Shown: in pieces, positions 26,787 to 41,470 of the stretch
Numbering within the stretch: the stretch's first letter is position 1
Layout: each line of letters begins with the position of its first letter
Assembly: GCA_028534125.1 (NCBI GenBank)
Contig: CM052817.1
Location: 51,338,001 to 51,402,000, forward strand
Source: Lama glama
Taxonomy: Eukaryota
Direction: 5' to 3'
DNA length: 64,000 nucleotides
Notes under the pieces: generated by a model
Told to the model about the DNA's origin: nothing
Databases searched by the model: none
What the model saw: only the letters and a program-made list of their open reading frames with translations
Translations under genes and position numbers: made by a program

Positions 26787-27210
26787 GTGTTACGGGTTAA
26801 ATTCCCTGGGATGTAGATTTTGGGGTGGAGATTAATGGCAGGAAGTGAATTAGGGAACGGCCTTGAGCTCTACGCTGGTGGAATGGAATGGAAGAGAGCA
26901 GGATTGGACAGAAAAAATTGAACTGCAGTATAGTCTCTGAGGAAGCCTTCACTGACCCTACCAGGAGAACAGAACATGGAATTACTATTCAGAACTGTTC
27001 ACAGCTGAGGTGCAGGGGCCAGATTTTAACACTCTCCTGTCAACCCATCACTGAATAAAGCTGCCCCAGGAAGAAGACATGATCTTTGGTGAGGTGGCTC
27101 TCTTCAAACCCAGCTGAAATTTGAAAAATGCCTTCAAGCAGCACTCATATCAACTGACGTAGCTTCTCTTTCATTCCTAAAGGGGGATCTGAGTAAAAGC
27201 ATTCACTACA
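26787..27210 (-). mobile_element. ERVL LTR, LTR16-like
   Basis: gcaggattggacaga...ttgaactgca...ggtgaggtggctctctt motifs. Confidence 0.65.
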
Positions 27211-27214
27211 CAGT

Positions 27215-27702
27215 GCCCTCCCACTCAGATGGGAGGCCATGAGATACGATTTGGTTTCAGCCATGTGATGTGGATTTGATTCAGCCATGTGATTTGCCCA
27301 GTGGATATTATGTAAATCTGAAAAGAGTATCAATTTGAAAGCACTTGAGTGATTTAGCTTGTCCTCTTGTTCCTCCTACTCTGATTAATATGAGAACATG
27401 CCTGGGCTTGCATGCTAAAGCTAGAGATAAAGGAGTGATTGATCCAAGTGCCTCAAGCCATCCCTGCTGAGACCATCCTGTATCAGCCGTCAGCCAGCTG
27501 ACCACCCAGGAATTGTGTGTGAGCCAGGCTCTACAGAGCTACCTACAAGACCTTCAGCAGATGACTGCACATTCATAAGTGACCCAGCTGAACCAGATGC
27601 ACTATGCAGATGTGTGAGCTAAAGCAGTGTTTATTATCCTATGCCACTGAGACTTTGTGGTTGTTTACTATTCAGCATGATCATTGCATTAAACAAGTAA
27701 CA
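27215..27702 (+). mobile_element. MaLR LTR (MLT1H-like)
   Basis: gccatgtga...gagaacatgcc...atgccactgagactttgtggttgtt. Confidence 0.65.
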
Positions 27703-29322
27703 TATTAGGTAAGCACAAATTATTGTGACAGTAGGAAACTTTCTATTTCATTACTCATTTTGATATTAAAACTGCTTTATAGGACAAGTTTATGGCATGT
27801 ACTCCATTTCAGAGGGAGTCTCCTTAAGAAGTACTATAACTCAATAATGGATCTGTGGATATTTGACAATGATAGATAGGGACAGAAAGCATTATACCTG
27901 TTCAACCAGGAGGTCTGCACTGCAGCATCACAATGGCTCTATATTTCTTGATAAGTTTAAGAAGTTATAATCCACAGGTAGTTTAATGTAAAGAATGAAT
28001 ATAGATTAAAAAACAAAAAGTATTTTAAAAAAATTCTACATTTTGGCTTGATAAGGAAATAGCATGTTCAGTCAGTTAATTCTCAGGTTATCACTTTATA
28101 TTTTACGTAGAATATCCTTGGATCTTCTGAGACAATTAGGCTTAACACTTCTGGATATTTAATTGACTCAGCTGTTAAGTAGAAAAAATACATTATTACA
28201 GTTTTTTAATTAAAATACAGATTTGTTTATTCTAGATTGGGTAAAAATAGGACAGAATGTTGAAAAGACTCAGAGCTTGAAAAGAAATTAGTAAGTTAGT
28301 GTCAAGGACTCTGTTTCATGGTTTAATATGGATCATGAAAGAACAGTCAGTCAATGCCTGAGTCTATCATCTTTCATATTTGTATAGTAAATAACTACTG
28401 ATTATTCCTATAATTATAAATCTTCTTCTTACTAAATTCTATTAGAAAAAGAATAATTTTAATTCTCTTGTCAATTTCAAATGGGGCTTTGGAAGGAGGG
28501 TGTTGGTAATCACATGGCCTGTTCACTTATGAGTCTTTTTATAGAACCTAAATTGTAAAACAATATCCTGGTTAATTCTTCAGTTTTAATGATTTTGACT
28601 ATCTACATTTAAATTAGCCAATAGACTTTTATTCAGGTACATAAATAAAGTGTTAGTTACCTTTACAAGGTATCCTTTCTATCGTAAAAAGCAGGAGTTT
28701 ATTTATTCAAATAGAATGGGGGTGGGAGGATCTTTGCTAGAGTCCTTCCTAGAATTTTTTTTGTTCTGCCTAACCCATTCAACCTCACATTAGTAGAAAC
28801 AATTTCTTAGAATGGCCATGTTTATGTAAGCCTGAGGAACCAATATTAATAGATAGAAGAAAACCAAATTCTTTAACATAAAAATTTCATTTAGCCTCAA
28901 TTCTTTTATGTTTAATAGAGACTAATACTTTAAATATTTTGGGGAATCTTGGTAATAATGATGGTGGTAATGATTAAGACAGAATAATCTTTTAGCAGAC
29001 TGCTTAATAAAATTGAAAATTATACCAAATGAGAATAACCTGTTGTTACGATTTCTCAAAAACAAAAAAAAAAAAAAAATGAAGCTCATCGGTCACATAA
29101 TAGTGTCAAAGGCACTAGTGTTTGGTTTGGTTTGGTTTGATTTTGTTATTTTTAGGCATTGCCTTTTGAAAGCTGAACACACTATTTTCTAAGCAATATC
29201 AGTTAAAATGTCTGAGTTTGTACTCTACCTTTGATATTTACTGAGCTCATTTAAATTTGGTAATTTTTTTTCTTTTTCTCTAAGATAAATAATAATACCT
29301 ACTGCCAAAGATCATAGTCATA

Positions 29323-29483
29323 TTTTTTTTGAGTAAAAGTTGGTTGATTTAGAAAGACATACCCTCCATAGACAAGAGTGCAGGCTGTCTCACAAGGCAA
29401 GAGAAAGGCCAAGAGATGCAGGATTGATATACACTCCATAGACAGAGTGCAGGCCATCTTGAAAGGTGAGGGAGCAAGAGAGC
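29323..29483 (-). mobile_element. Short LTR-derived fragment with A tail and internal duplication
   Basis: Two copies of atac(c/a)ctccatagaca(a)gagtgcaggc (29359-29385, 29429-29454); T8 run at the left end. Confidence 0.5.
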
Positions 29484-30259
29484 TATAGTTTTAATTAATG
29501 GCTATAAATTATCTTATGAGCTACAAAATACAATAAATGCACACTTAAACACACATATATATACAGTACATATGTATATTTAACTGTTGGTTATGTCTAC
29601 AATTATAGATACATATTTTTTTCAATTTTAATTATTTTTTATTACTTTCAAAATAAATTTTTGAAAAATTTGAGAAGGAAATCTGAAATCTGAATAATTA
29701 ATCCTTACTTGAAGGGCCTTATTTGCATTATTTTTACATTATCAGTTATCATACAAACCATAAGTATAATAATTAACATTTGCTATAGTTCTGCCATGGG
29801 CAATTGCTCATATATAGATACATATATGTTTATTTTGATTATATATAACATTATATAACAATGCAATATTAATATATAATAATATACTTAATATATATAA
29901 CCCAAGTGATATATACATATGTGTCTATATATATATGTATGCATACATACTTTCATATATATACATACACACACACACATAGGACCTTATTAAAAAGTTT
30001 AGGTCTTTTTATGGAATATTTCTTTTAGAAATTCTCTAAACACAGTATTGTGACTAGTCAATACCAACCTGACATGAAAGCTTCCAGATCACAGTAAGAG
30101 CAGCTATTTTCTCAATTTCCTGAAATATTACCAAAGTAAATGAGTATATCTAATTTAATAAATTTATAATATTATTACATAATATATTAATATAATAAAT
30201 ATATAAAATATTATCAACATATTATATAATAAAGTATTCATCATTCCCCCTCAATTGAG

Positions 30260-31670
30260 AAAGGATAGTCTCTGAACTCAACAAATGTTACTGGGAAAAC
30301 TGGATATTTATATGCAAAAGAATGAAATGGACTCCTATCTTACACAACCCACAATAATTAACTCAGAATGGATTAAAGACTTAAATATAAGATTGAAACC
30401 ATAAAAATCCTAAGAAGAAACATTGGGGAAAAGCTCTTTGACATTGGTCTTGGCAATGGTTTTTGAATGTGGCACCAAAAGTGAGGTAACAAAAACAAAA
30501 ATTGATAATTGAACTACATCAAACAAAGAAGCTTCTACATAGGAAAGGAAACCACTAACAAATGAAAAGGCAACCTATGAATTGGAAAAGAATATTTGAA
30601 AACCATATATTTGATATGGAATTAAATATTTAAAATACATAAGGAACTTATAAAACTCAATAGCAAAAAAATCTAATAAATAAATGGTCAAGGCCCTGAA
30701 TAGACATTTTTCTAGAGAATATATATAAACAGCTAACTGGTACATGAAGAGATACTCAGTGTCACTCATCATGAGGGAAATGTGAATCCAAACTACAATA
30801 AGATCTCACCTCACACCTATTACAATGGCTATTAACAAAAAGACAAGAGATAACAAAAGCTGTTGAAAATGTGTAGAAAAGGGAATCTTTATGCATACTT
30901 GGTGGAAATATAAATTGGTACAGCCACATGGAATATATATGTAGGTTCCTTAAAAAATTTAAACATGGAACTACCAGATGATCCAACAACCCCACTTCTG
31001 GTTATGTATCTGAAGAAAACAAAGTTTCTTGAAGAGATAAGTGCACCCCCATGTTTCTTGCAGGATCATTTACAATAGCCAAGATATGGAAACAATCTAA
31101 AAGTCCAACTATGGATGAGTGGATAAAGAAAATGTGATGTGATATGTATAATGGAATATTATTCTACCATTGAAAAAAGGAAAGAAATCCTGCAACAGCA
31201 TGAATGAACCTGGAGAACATTACGCTAAGTGAAATAAATTAGACACAGAAATACAAGTATTGTATGATCTCATGTAGAGATGGAATTTAAAACAAACAAA
31301 AAAACAAAAAGTTGAACTTAGAGAAACAGAGTCGAATTTGGTTGCCAGGGGATGAGAGCTGGGAAATTGGGGAGATGTTGGTCAAAGGGTGCACAATTAA
31401 AGTTATAGGATGTCAAAGTTCTGGGAATATAACATGCAAAATAATGATTATAGTTGAATATACTTCCTATCATATACTTGAAGTTGGCAAAAAGAGTAGA
31501 CCTTAAGCTTCTCACTGCAGGGGAAGAAAAGATAACTATGTCTGATAATAAAAATAGATGTGTTAACTAATCATTTTACAATGTATACATATATCAAGTC
31601 ATCCCGTTGTACTCTTTATATACATACAGTTTTGTCAGTTTTACCTCAATAACACTGGAAAAGAATAAGA
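30260..31670 (+). mobile_element. Old 5'-truncated L1 (ORF2 end and 3'UTR)
   Basis: gggaaaactggata...aatggattaaagacttaaat...tttacaatagccaagatatggaaacaa...tacctcaataa. Confidence 0.92.
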
Positions 31671-31915
31671 AAACTACTAACCCATTTGAATCTGTGCCTG
31701 TATTCTCTGTGTTTTCTCTTTTTGGTATTGATTATATTGTTTTTCATCTGCTTCATCAGCTTTCCTTCTCTTATAGAAACAGAAACACAGACTCAGAAAT
31801 TCTCTATTTGTTATAATCATCCTTTAACTTCATACTATCTCCAGATATTATCTCTGATCCCCTTTCATAAGAAAAGTTAATAAAAGACTTGTCCATGTCT
31901 ATTGTCTTTACTTCA

Positions 31916-31955
31916 TGTATCAATCAGTGAGGGTTCAACCAGGGAAGTAGAACCA

Positions 31956-31998
<43 letters not shown>

Positions 31999-32515
31999 CT
32001 GCAACTCCCTTACTAAGTTCTGTAAGCTGATTAAGCTATCTTTGTAAGGCTGCTACCTCCTCCTTGTCTGTGCTGGAACTTGAAGTACACAAGGCAGGCA
32101 GTGAGAAAGGGAAGGTCATGAGCAGGCTGGAACCCTCAAGCATGAGCTAGAACCCCACAAAGACGTACTGAAATCCACATACTTTCTTGTTGCCTCTGCC
32201 TTTCATGACAAGGAAAATTTGCAGAAATTGGAGCCTTTGTCACAAAGCTAAACATGCACAGCTCGTCAGAAAAGCTGAAGAAGAATTTCAAGAAAAGTAG
32301 AACAATCACAGGCCCAGCTGGTACTTCACACCAATGATGTGAGTCAGCAGATCCACAATAAGTAAGTGAGCAACCAAATAGGTGCTTCTTGTCTTCTGGC
32401 TTTCAAATTTAAAAAAGACAAATCTCTTGTTGCTCACCCTGATGGAAACACAATACAGGAAATTCTGGGAAATATAGTTCAGCCTAGCTTGATTGACACC
32501 TTACAAAGCCATCCC
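31916..32515 (-). mobile_element. ERVL-type LTR (MLT2-related) containing (GT)n at 31959-31994
   Basis: tgtatcaatcagtgagggttcaaccagggaagtagaaccagta start; aattctgggaaatatagttc...ttgacac end. Confidence 0.6.
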
Positions 32516-34184
32516 AATTCTCAATGCACATTCTACACTCAACTACAACACACAAATTAGTTTTCTCTACTAGCACTACTCTGAGATTGATTTCTGTTCT
32601 GATTTTCTAAGGCCTCCCAGCAGCTTTTCATGATTGTTGAAGTAATTGATTAGAATTGAAATTTTGGAGAGGGTCTGGAGATTAGGTTTCTTTCTAATGC
32701 TGGTAAACTCCTTCTCCATGCATGGAAAGAGAAATGACTGCCCAGGAGAAATTTTTAGCTAGTGGTGCCAGAAATTATGCTTATCCAGGATAAACCAAGA
32801 AGCAATATGGGCCTTTTATTATCTTCCCAGAAATATACCAGGATGATGCATAAGTACATTCTACAAATGCAAGAGAATTAATATATCATATTTGTTTGTT
32901 GGAATTCAAATATTGGACAATCCTGAGAGCTGTCTCTAATAGACAACAAGTTGTAACTGAAGCTAGAATTATATACCTCCCTTAAGTTCAGTATAGACAA
33001 CGTAAATCTGAAATGGCTATTCAGATATTGCCAGTGTATGGCATAGTTATTTACCAAAAGTCTCTTACAAAATATTTCAAAAATCAGCTAAGAAAAATAA
33101 TGCATAATGAAGAGGTAAATTGAATTTGTCCAAGGAGATCTATACAAAGAAATAATTATTATTCCACAGCATTGTCTTTTAAATTGAGAGCTAACAACTT
33201 CTGGATCAAAAGATGTTTAACTAAGAGTGTATAAAATACCTCACTCATGTTATTTCTCTTTTAAAAAAGTGTCTCTTTGCTCCACGTGCTTGTGTATTAT
33301 TTGAATTTTGGAAGAATACATTATTTTTGCTTTAAAAATGCATAATCCAATCTATTTTAAGAGATCTTTTGTTCAGAGGGAAAAATAAGTCACAAAAAAT
33401 AAACTAAATTATATATATATATATATATATAAAATATACACACACAAATATGTACATATGTGTGTGTAAGTACTTTCAATGTGTTACAGTGCAGTCAAAA
33501 ATACAGTGTATGTTTACTTACACTAACCTAGAAAAATGCTATAATATATTTGTAACTGGTGAAAGTGTATAGCATTTTCCTATTTTTATATAAAATATAT
33601 AGGTGCTTTATTGCATGCATGTGTATAGTAAAATTTTAGCAGAAGAGTTTGGAAAAACTAGGAAAAATAATCAAGGAGAAGTATAGATTTTTATAAGCAT
33701 AGAGTAAGAGAAAAAGTTCACATCTTAATTTATATAATTCATAATAGGGACTTAATTTCTAATCAGTTCCAATTATAAATTAAATTCAAAATGAACAACC
33801 CAATATCCTGATCTGTAAAAAGCCCAGGAGTTCTTTGAGAACTTGATCTGTTTTCCAGTTGGGTTAGATTTACACCAACATATCTGTGTGATTCACTGGA
33901 AGTGCATTCATTTAGGCCTCTGAATGAAAATCACCCTTTATAGAGGAATTTGGTGGGATCAAACTGCATAGTTTTGTCTTTGAATTGGTTCCAAGTGCAA
34001 TATTTAGCCAACCTGGATACTCTTTTCATTTATTCCCTTTACTCCCACCATCACCACATGTGAGTGTCTATGTGGAGGAGGAAGAAAAATTACCACTATG
34101 ATGTGGAATTCACTGATGAAAATCAGGAGATATGTATGATTATCCAGAGGCTACCATTCATGAATCTTTTGAGGTCATCAGTAC

Positions 34185-34660
34185 AGTTCACACCACAGCA
34201 GCTTAAAACAAGGTGTATTTGTTATCTCACAGCAGAAGACTTCAATTAATCAAGTTATTGGCCAGCCTCCATTCCTTTCTGGAGTTCAGATTCTTCCAAG
34301 TTCATGTGACTGCTGACAGAATTCAGTTTCTTTCAGCTGCAAGATTAAGGTGACTATCTTCTTGCTGTCCAGTATAGCCACTTTCAGCTTCATAAAGGCA
34401 AGTTGTAGCTCCTACCATATGACCCTGTCATAGGTCTTTTCATATCATGACAACTTACTTTTTCAAGGCCAAGAGAAGAATCTCCCCCTCACATCCACTA
34501 AGATGGAGTCATATAAAGGGTGACATAATCATGTAAGTGACTGTCTCATCACCTTTGTCATTTTCTGTTGGTGGGAAGCAGGTCACATGTTGAGCAGCAC
34601 TCAGGGGATGGAGATTATACAGGACGTGACTCATTGGAGTTCACTTTACAGTGTGTCTAT
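34185..34660 (-). mobile_element. MaLR LTR (MLT1E/F/G-like)
   Basis: gcttaaaacaa...cattcctttctggag...cagaattcagtttctt...ggcacct-like body motifs. Confidence 0.65.
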
Positions 34661-34919
34661 AACTAGGAGTGACATCCACAATATTCAACATAGTAAAGAA
34701 GGCAGGTTCTCCAACCAGGTGTTTTATCATATGTTGGAGATGGCATTGCTAGCCTCAAACAGTCATACCTATAAAATCACCTCTGAGACTTATAGTAGGA
34801 AAAATACCTACTCTGCTGCAATCTAGAGAGGTCTAGGTTATATTCAGATGACACATAAAAATAATCCTTGGATTCCTAGAAATGTTTGAGAGGCAGAATC
34901 TAAAGCAAGACTGGAATTT

Positions 34920-34985
34920 TATACATACATACATACATACATATATATACACATATATATACATATACACACATACACACACACA
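34920..34985. repeat. Compound (ATAC)/(TA)/(CA) microsatellite
   Basis: Directly visible. Confidence 0.9.
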
Positions 34986-36899
34986 AACAAAATATATGGG
35001 GAAAAAGACATTTGGGGGAATGGGCTGTCTCACTTCCACCTTTTGCTTTATATAGTTAAGTATCACTTGAATATTTTCAGTGAGAATATGTTATTTTATA
35101 ATAAAAATGATCATATTTCATATTTATGATATATCATATTTCATGTTTATGTTATATGTGTTAAATCATCTATTACAGTCTTTAGCAGTTCCTTACTCTC
35201 TGCATTTAACACTCTCTCCCCCCGAATATGAGTATGGTATATTTACCTTGCTACTCCTATTTTTACCCCATTATCTTCTGAGATAAAACTCAAACTTTCG
35301 ATGCTATGCAGAACTGTTAGTACCTCACTTTAGCCTCTATTCCTACATATCTTGGAAAATGAACTAAAAGGGAGCTACTTAGAGATTTTAAGAACTCTAA
35401 AGGAAGTAGAGTTTGCTTGTTTTTTTTAATCCTATGAAAGAAGGCACTGATAAATAGATCATAAAAGGATCATTAGAGTGATGATTTAACTGTATTTAAG
35501 CAAATTATATCCCTTTAACATATGATAGCACTTAACTGTTTAACTGAGTCAGATCTATGGGAAATTGACTAAATTTAAGAATTTCTGCTAAATGTTAAGA
35601 AAGGATTTATCCGTTATAATCCTATATTAATATAGTTGTATATTAATAATTGTAGCCATGACTTATTAAATGTCTTCCCTAGGTCAAACCCAATGATAAG
35701 CACTTTATATAACCTGTATAATCTAATCCTCACAAAAGCCTAGTAAAGTATGGTCACAGGGTTAAGTAAAGTGTTCTACATTACTGGGCCGGAACCGCAG
35801 AGCTTACTTCCAAATAAAGGCCTCTTTTACTTTTGATCCAATTCTGAAAAATTTCTATGACTCACATTAAAGTGTGTGATAAAATATGGACATACTCCAG
35901 TTTTTTAGTAACTCTCAAACATTGTTTGGTCCACGAGTCTCTTAGATAGACCCTCTGGTATCACATGACACCAACGCTCAGAAAACCCATATAATTAAAG
36001 GACAAGCTTCAGTGAGATTCAAACTTGGTAGTATCTATTTCATTATTCATTAGGTAGATTCATTGCATATGTGATAAATCACCCAGTAAAAAAGGAGTTT
36101 CAACTCATAAAGAACACTGTATCCACACTATCCACACTGTAATTTAATTATTGTCACTGAAGTAAAGATGCTATTGACTTTATCTTTTGACATTTCTTTT
36201 CTGAATATTTAGGAACACAGGTTATATTGAGGAGTAATTATTACTGCTTTTGTGTTCCTTTAGTATTTTACATGTTTTGCCTCCAAATCTTTTTCATTTT
36301 CTTATAATATTACACAAATAATTATAACCTATCTAGATAAACAGAATGCCAGAATTGGCATAGTCTTAGAAACCATTTTATTTAAATCTTTAAAAATTTT
36401 AATCTATAGAAGAAAAAGAGAATGAGAGTAATAAAATAATTTTGGAAATTAATGAACATAGGGAGAAAGAGATATTGGTATGCAGTATTCCTTTTTGAAA
36501 GTGATTGTCTTTGAAATTGGGAAGACATGAGTTCAAGTCTCAAGTCCAAAACTTGGTGTTTGTGCAACCTAAAACAGTCACTTTTGTGGTTCCTCAGGTT
36601 TCTGTCTCACTGAGTTGTAAAGAGTTTAGAACAATGCTTTGCACATAGCATGCACTCTTTAACTGGTAGATACAGGAATACATTGTTTGAATTAGCTACA
36701 GCTACTGTTTGCCTCTCAGATACCTTCAGATATCACCATTTTCCTAGTCACAATGGCAGAATATCTTATAGCAGCTCTAAATAACTTTTCTTTGTTTGAT
36801 GACATCCTATTTATAGTCATTCATCTGCTCATTTTTAAAATATTTAATGAGGAATTACAATGTATGAGGCATTTTTTCTAGATAAGGACAAAACATTAG

Positions 36900-37270
36900 A
36901 ACTGTATGTCACTCAATTCTTCTCTGTCTCTTAGGAGGTGGAATTTTGTAGAATAAAGCAAGAGCTTCTCTTGACCTCTGGTTTTTGGTTGGGTTGGCCA
37001 ATGAGCAAAATCATCAGTTTATCATGGACAGTAGAGGTATGAAGTAATGGTTCTTATTCTGTTAGCTTCCTCCTTACTGAACAGCAGGTTAACTGCATTC
37101 AGACAGCTGTTCTCTCCTGTTATCCCTACATGCGTATGCATGATAACAGGTTCCCACTGTGCTTAACCATCTTATATTGATTTTCATTAACTATGCCCAC
37201 ACTTTCTGTGGTTCCTTCTATAACCCATTTGAGTGTGTCATCTCTTTTTAAATTAGCCCCTGACGTATAC
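36900..37270 (+). mobile_element. ERVL LTR, LTR33-like
   Basis: ctctggtttttggttgggttggccaatg ... cccatttgagtgtgtcatct...ccctgac. Confidence 0.7.
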
Positions 37271-37662
37271 ACTTTTATAGGCCATGAGATCGCACTTACT
37301 ATAGGCACTCTGGGAAGCAGGACTTAGTGGGTCAGAGGAACTAAAGCTGTAACTAAGGACATCTGCTTTATTGCCTTTCTACACTTACCTACACACACAG
37401 AACTATAAGCTACTATATGGAAAATTCTAGAAACGGAGACATGCTTTATTTACTTTATATGCCCATAGTGTTTTGTACCTCTGGAACTTACATGCTAAAA
37501 TCAGTTGTGTTAACCTCTGCATCTCACAGTTAGTTTGTTATTCTCCCTTTCTTAGTAACCTTTCCATTGCCAATTCATTAGTTCTATTAAAAATAAACCC
37601 TTCTCCTAGTCAAACAGTATATTTTATAGTAGCTTTTAATAAATTTCCCTGTTTTATTGCAG

Positions 37663-38520
37663 TCATTTATCCACTAATTTTTAAAATGCTTACTGAACAA
37701 TTTCCAAGTACCAGGCAATTTTCTAGGTCCTTGGATACAGATAAGGACAAAGTATAGTAGCTATATCCTGGAAGAAGAATAAGCAAGTAAATAAACACAG
37801 GAACAAGATAGTTCTAGACTGCTCTATTGCTAGGAAGCAAAAAAAAAAATAGTGATGGGGAAGAAACAACTGTGTTAATTGCCATAAAGAATTTTTTATG
37901 TTTTCATGATAGAAAATAAAATGTTAGGGGTGATATGGGTACTTCAGATAGAATCATCAGGGATGGTGACACTAAAGAGATGACATTTGACTGACTACTG
38001 AAGAATGAGCCAGAGCCTGCTGTGCAACAAAGCTAAAAGTTGACTTTCAGCCAGAAAGACAAACAAATGCGAAGTTCTAGAAGTAGGAAAAAACTTGGAC
38101 TATTCCAGAGCATTTAAAAAGCAAGTATGGACAGAATATAATGAGCTGTAAAATTAAATGGGCCAGATCAAGTTGGATTTGCGCACCATAGTAAGGAATT
38201 AGAACTTTATTGTTAGTATCATGTCAGGTTGATGAAGTATTTACACTGGAGAATTAGATGATCTGAATTGAGTTTTTTTAAAAGTTCTTTCTGGCTGTTT
38301 AGTGGAGGTGAGCTGGGAGGGGGCAGTAGTGGAATCAGGGAAAACAAGAACGTCAGGTGGTATTGTTGGAGGTGGAAAAGGGTAGAGAGATTAAGAATGT
38401 ATTATCGGATTAATTATGTGGATAAAAGAAAGGGTGATATCTGAGATGATGCCTATGATTCATCTTCAATAATCATGGAATTATTGGTGACATTAACAGA
38501 TGGAGAAACTGGGTATTGCC
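37663..38520 (-). mobile_element. L2 3' fragment
   Basis: ttactgaac...ccaggca...ctagg...ggatacag; gatgacatttga; ccagatca...ccatagtaagga. Confidence 0.8.
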
Positions 38521-39979
38521 TAGTTTTACACATCCTATTTCTGAAATCTTTCTGATCCATGAGCCATTTCTTAGCAGTCTCCTTAATTCAAGTGAGTTCT
38601 TCAAGGACTTTAGCAATGGTTTCCCAAATATTATGCAAAATATCTAAGACACTGTTAGAATTATATTGCTGAAGGAGAGTTTCAGAAGCTCCCCCTCCCA
38701 CTCCCTACTTCCCACCCCTAAAAAAACCCTGCAAAGAATGCTGCTTGATCAAGAACAGGGCTCCTAGGACTGACAATCATGGTTCCTGAAAACTGACTCT
38801 ATTCTAGCCTTATAATTCATTCACCTTTTTCTCTTCCTCACACACCACAACATAAAAAGCTTGATGTCCTCCATATTCCCCATGTACCTTCCTACATCCA
38901 TTCTTTTGCACCTCCTTACTCTGAATAGAATCCCACCACCATGTGATCAAATCCTTCCTATTACCCAGGGCCCAATGCAAATTCTGTTTTTTCCATTGAT
39001 AATCTCCCTTTTTTACAAAAGGAGGAAATTTCCCTCTCATCTGAACATCAATAATGCTTTATTTATTCCTGTTCATTCCCCTTAATTCCTTCTACCTTAT
39101 ATTATTATTTGAAATGATTATGAATATTCTCTATTATGAGTGTTCATTATGAGAAGAATTCTGATTAACTTATCTGTACCCGAAAGCATTTACCCACATT
39201 AGTGTCTCAAAAAATGTTGAAGTACTAAATGAACAAAAAATTAGAAGATATTTAGTAAAATTATGTATCTATTAAACTGAAGGAAATTAACAGTGTTGAG
39301 TCAAATTGATTCCTGAGATACACTGAATCAGTCAATGAAATGTGACCCAGATGTTAGCCAGTGTTACTCTGTTCTTGGGACTTTAAACACAATTGGATAT
39401 ATCCATCTGCTTCTTATGGGACTTACCATGACCTTCTCAACATTTCCATGAATTTGTAAAGGCCTCTGGTTAATACAGCTACTTTTGATTCTGAGTTCCT
39501 GCTCTTGCCAAGGACGCAATTCCTTTTGCTCCTCAGCCCTTTTTATGGCTGTCTTTTTTCTTCTGTTTCACAAATCAAGATGTGGAACTCAATCCTATCT
39601 CCGTGATTAAAATTAAACACTTCAAAAAGCACAGGAACAAAACAGTAAAAAAAGGGAAATATGTGTACATAAAGCATCATTTGGTTAAGGGAAAAATTCT
39701 TTATCCAGGTTGCTGGTCTCCTTTTCCAGCTTTGACTTCTTCCCAGCTCCCAGCACCTTTATGTCCAGGACCTAGAACCCCCTCACCCGAGTTTCTTGCC
39801 TTTTTCTTTCCCCACCCAAAGCAAAGAAAACAAAATTCAGACTCCTTCATTTTTTATGGAGACTGATTCAGCTCTCCATCCCCAGCTCAGCCCCAGACCT
39901 CACTTATATTTTTACACCAAACAATCAATTATAGTTCAACGAAATTAAGAAATGAGGGGAAAATTTTGTCGTATTTCCT

Positions 39980-41470
39980 CATATATTTACCTCATTCAGT
40001 ACTCACCACTCTAAAGGATCTAAGTTTTCTTATGATACCATCTATTTCTTGTAAGGCAGTTTTACTGGTGACAAATTCCAAAGATTTTTTTTTTAATCTG
40101 AAAGTATTTTATTCCATTTTCAAACGACAGTCTCATTGGGCATAGGATTCTAGATCAATTCATTTTTTAGCCCTTTAAAATGTTATATATTGCCTTCTTG
40201 CTTACATTTTTCCGAAAAGAAGTCAGCAAACTTTCATTTTGTTACCACCCTGTATATAATTTCTCCTCTAGTTGCCTTCAATATTTCTTAATCTTTGTTT
40301 TGGAAATTTTATTGTGATATGCTTAGCTGTGGTTATCTTTATGCTTGTCTCACTTAAGAGTCATTGTTCTTCTGGAATCTGTGTTGATATTTTCATCAGA
40401 ATTGGGGGGAAATTAGCCATTATTTCTTCAAATATTTTTGTGCTCCCATCTCTCTTCTCTGTTCTTTGCCTCAGACTGCATTTGTTAGACTGTGGATATT
40501 GTCCAAAACAACACTGAGACTCTACTCATGTTTTTTTTTTTTTAGTATTTTTTAAAATATTCTGTTCTTCGGTTACATAGTTTCTATTGACCTGTCTCAA
40601 GAATTACTGATATTTTCTTGCTAATTCTGCTTCTGTTGACTCTTTTTTTATCTCCTGGTTAAGTCATATTTACCTGCCTCTTTATATCTAGTAATATTTT
40701 ACTGTTTGCTAGATATTGTAGTTGTCATGTTTTGAGGATATTTGAATTTTGTTGTTTTCTACTAGTAATACTAAATTTATTTCTGAGAGGCAGTTAGCAT
40801 ATAAGGCTCATATTTATCCTGACAAAGCTTAGTTTTTAAGCTTTGACTGGGTGGATCTATAGTAAGCCATACTCTGAGCATAAATAGCCGTATTTCCTAA
40901 GAGCGGGTTTCCTGAGGTTCTGATGAAATTCTTGGAGTTTTCTTTCTGTTTCCTCCATCCTAGTAGGCCAGAAGTCTAACATCTTTCAATAACATGTGAC
41001 TTCCAAAATCTGCATTCAGCTTGTAGTTCCCAAGTATGTGCCTTCTACCAGGATTAGCAGGATCTTGTATGGAATATATGAAGCTTGTTATTTGGCCAAA
41101 GGCTCAAAGGAGTCTCTGTAAAAATGTATGTGGCTCGTTGTCTATGCAGATCTCTCCTCTCCATTAGCCACTCCAGTAAATTCCATCAGCTTCAGCAGCC
41201 ATGAACTCCAGTCTCGTTCCTCTACCTAGTTAATGTCACTACTTGCGAAGCTTCACTTCCCTGTACTGTGGTTTCAAATGTGCCCCCATGCAAAACGCCC
41301 ATATGACTGCAGAGCTTACCCCATATGTTTCTCTTTAGCCAAGGACCACAGTCCTATGCTATCTAATGTTGTCCAGTGCCAAAAATGTATTTTGTCTTTT
41401 TATATTTGTTTACAGCAAGGGGTTACATTTAATATCCAACATGGTCAGAATCAGAAATCTCAAGTTAATA
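39980..41470 (-). mobile_element. Ancient L1 5' region (L1M-type)
   Basis: Antisense ORF1-type motifs (gaagtcagc; ttttcatcag...gccattatttcttcaaatatttt). Confidence 0.65.
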
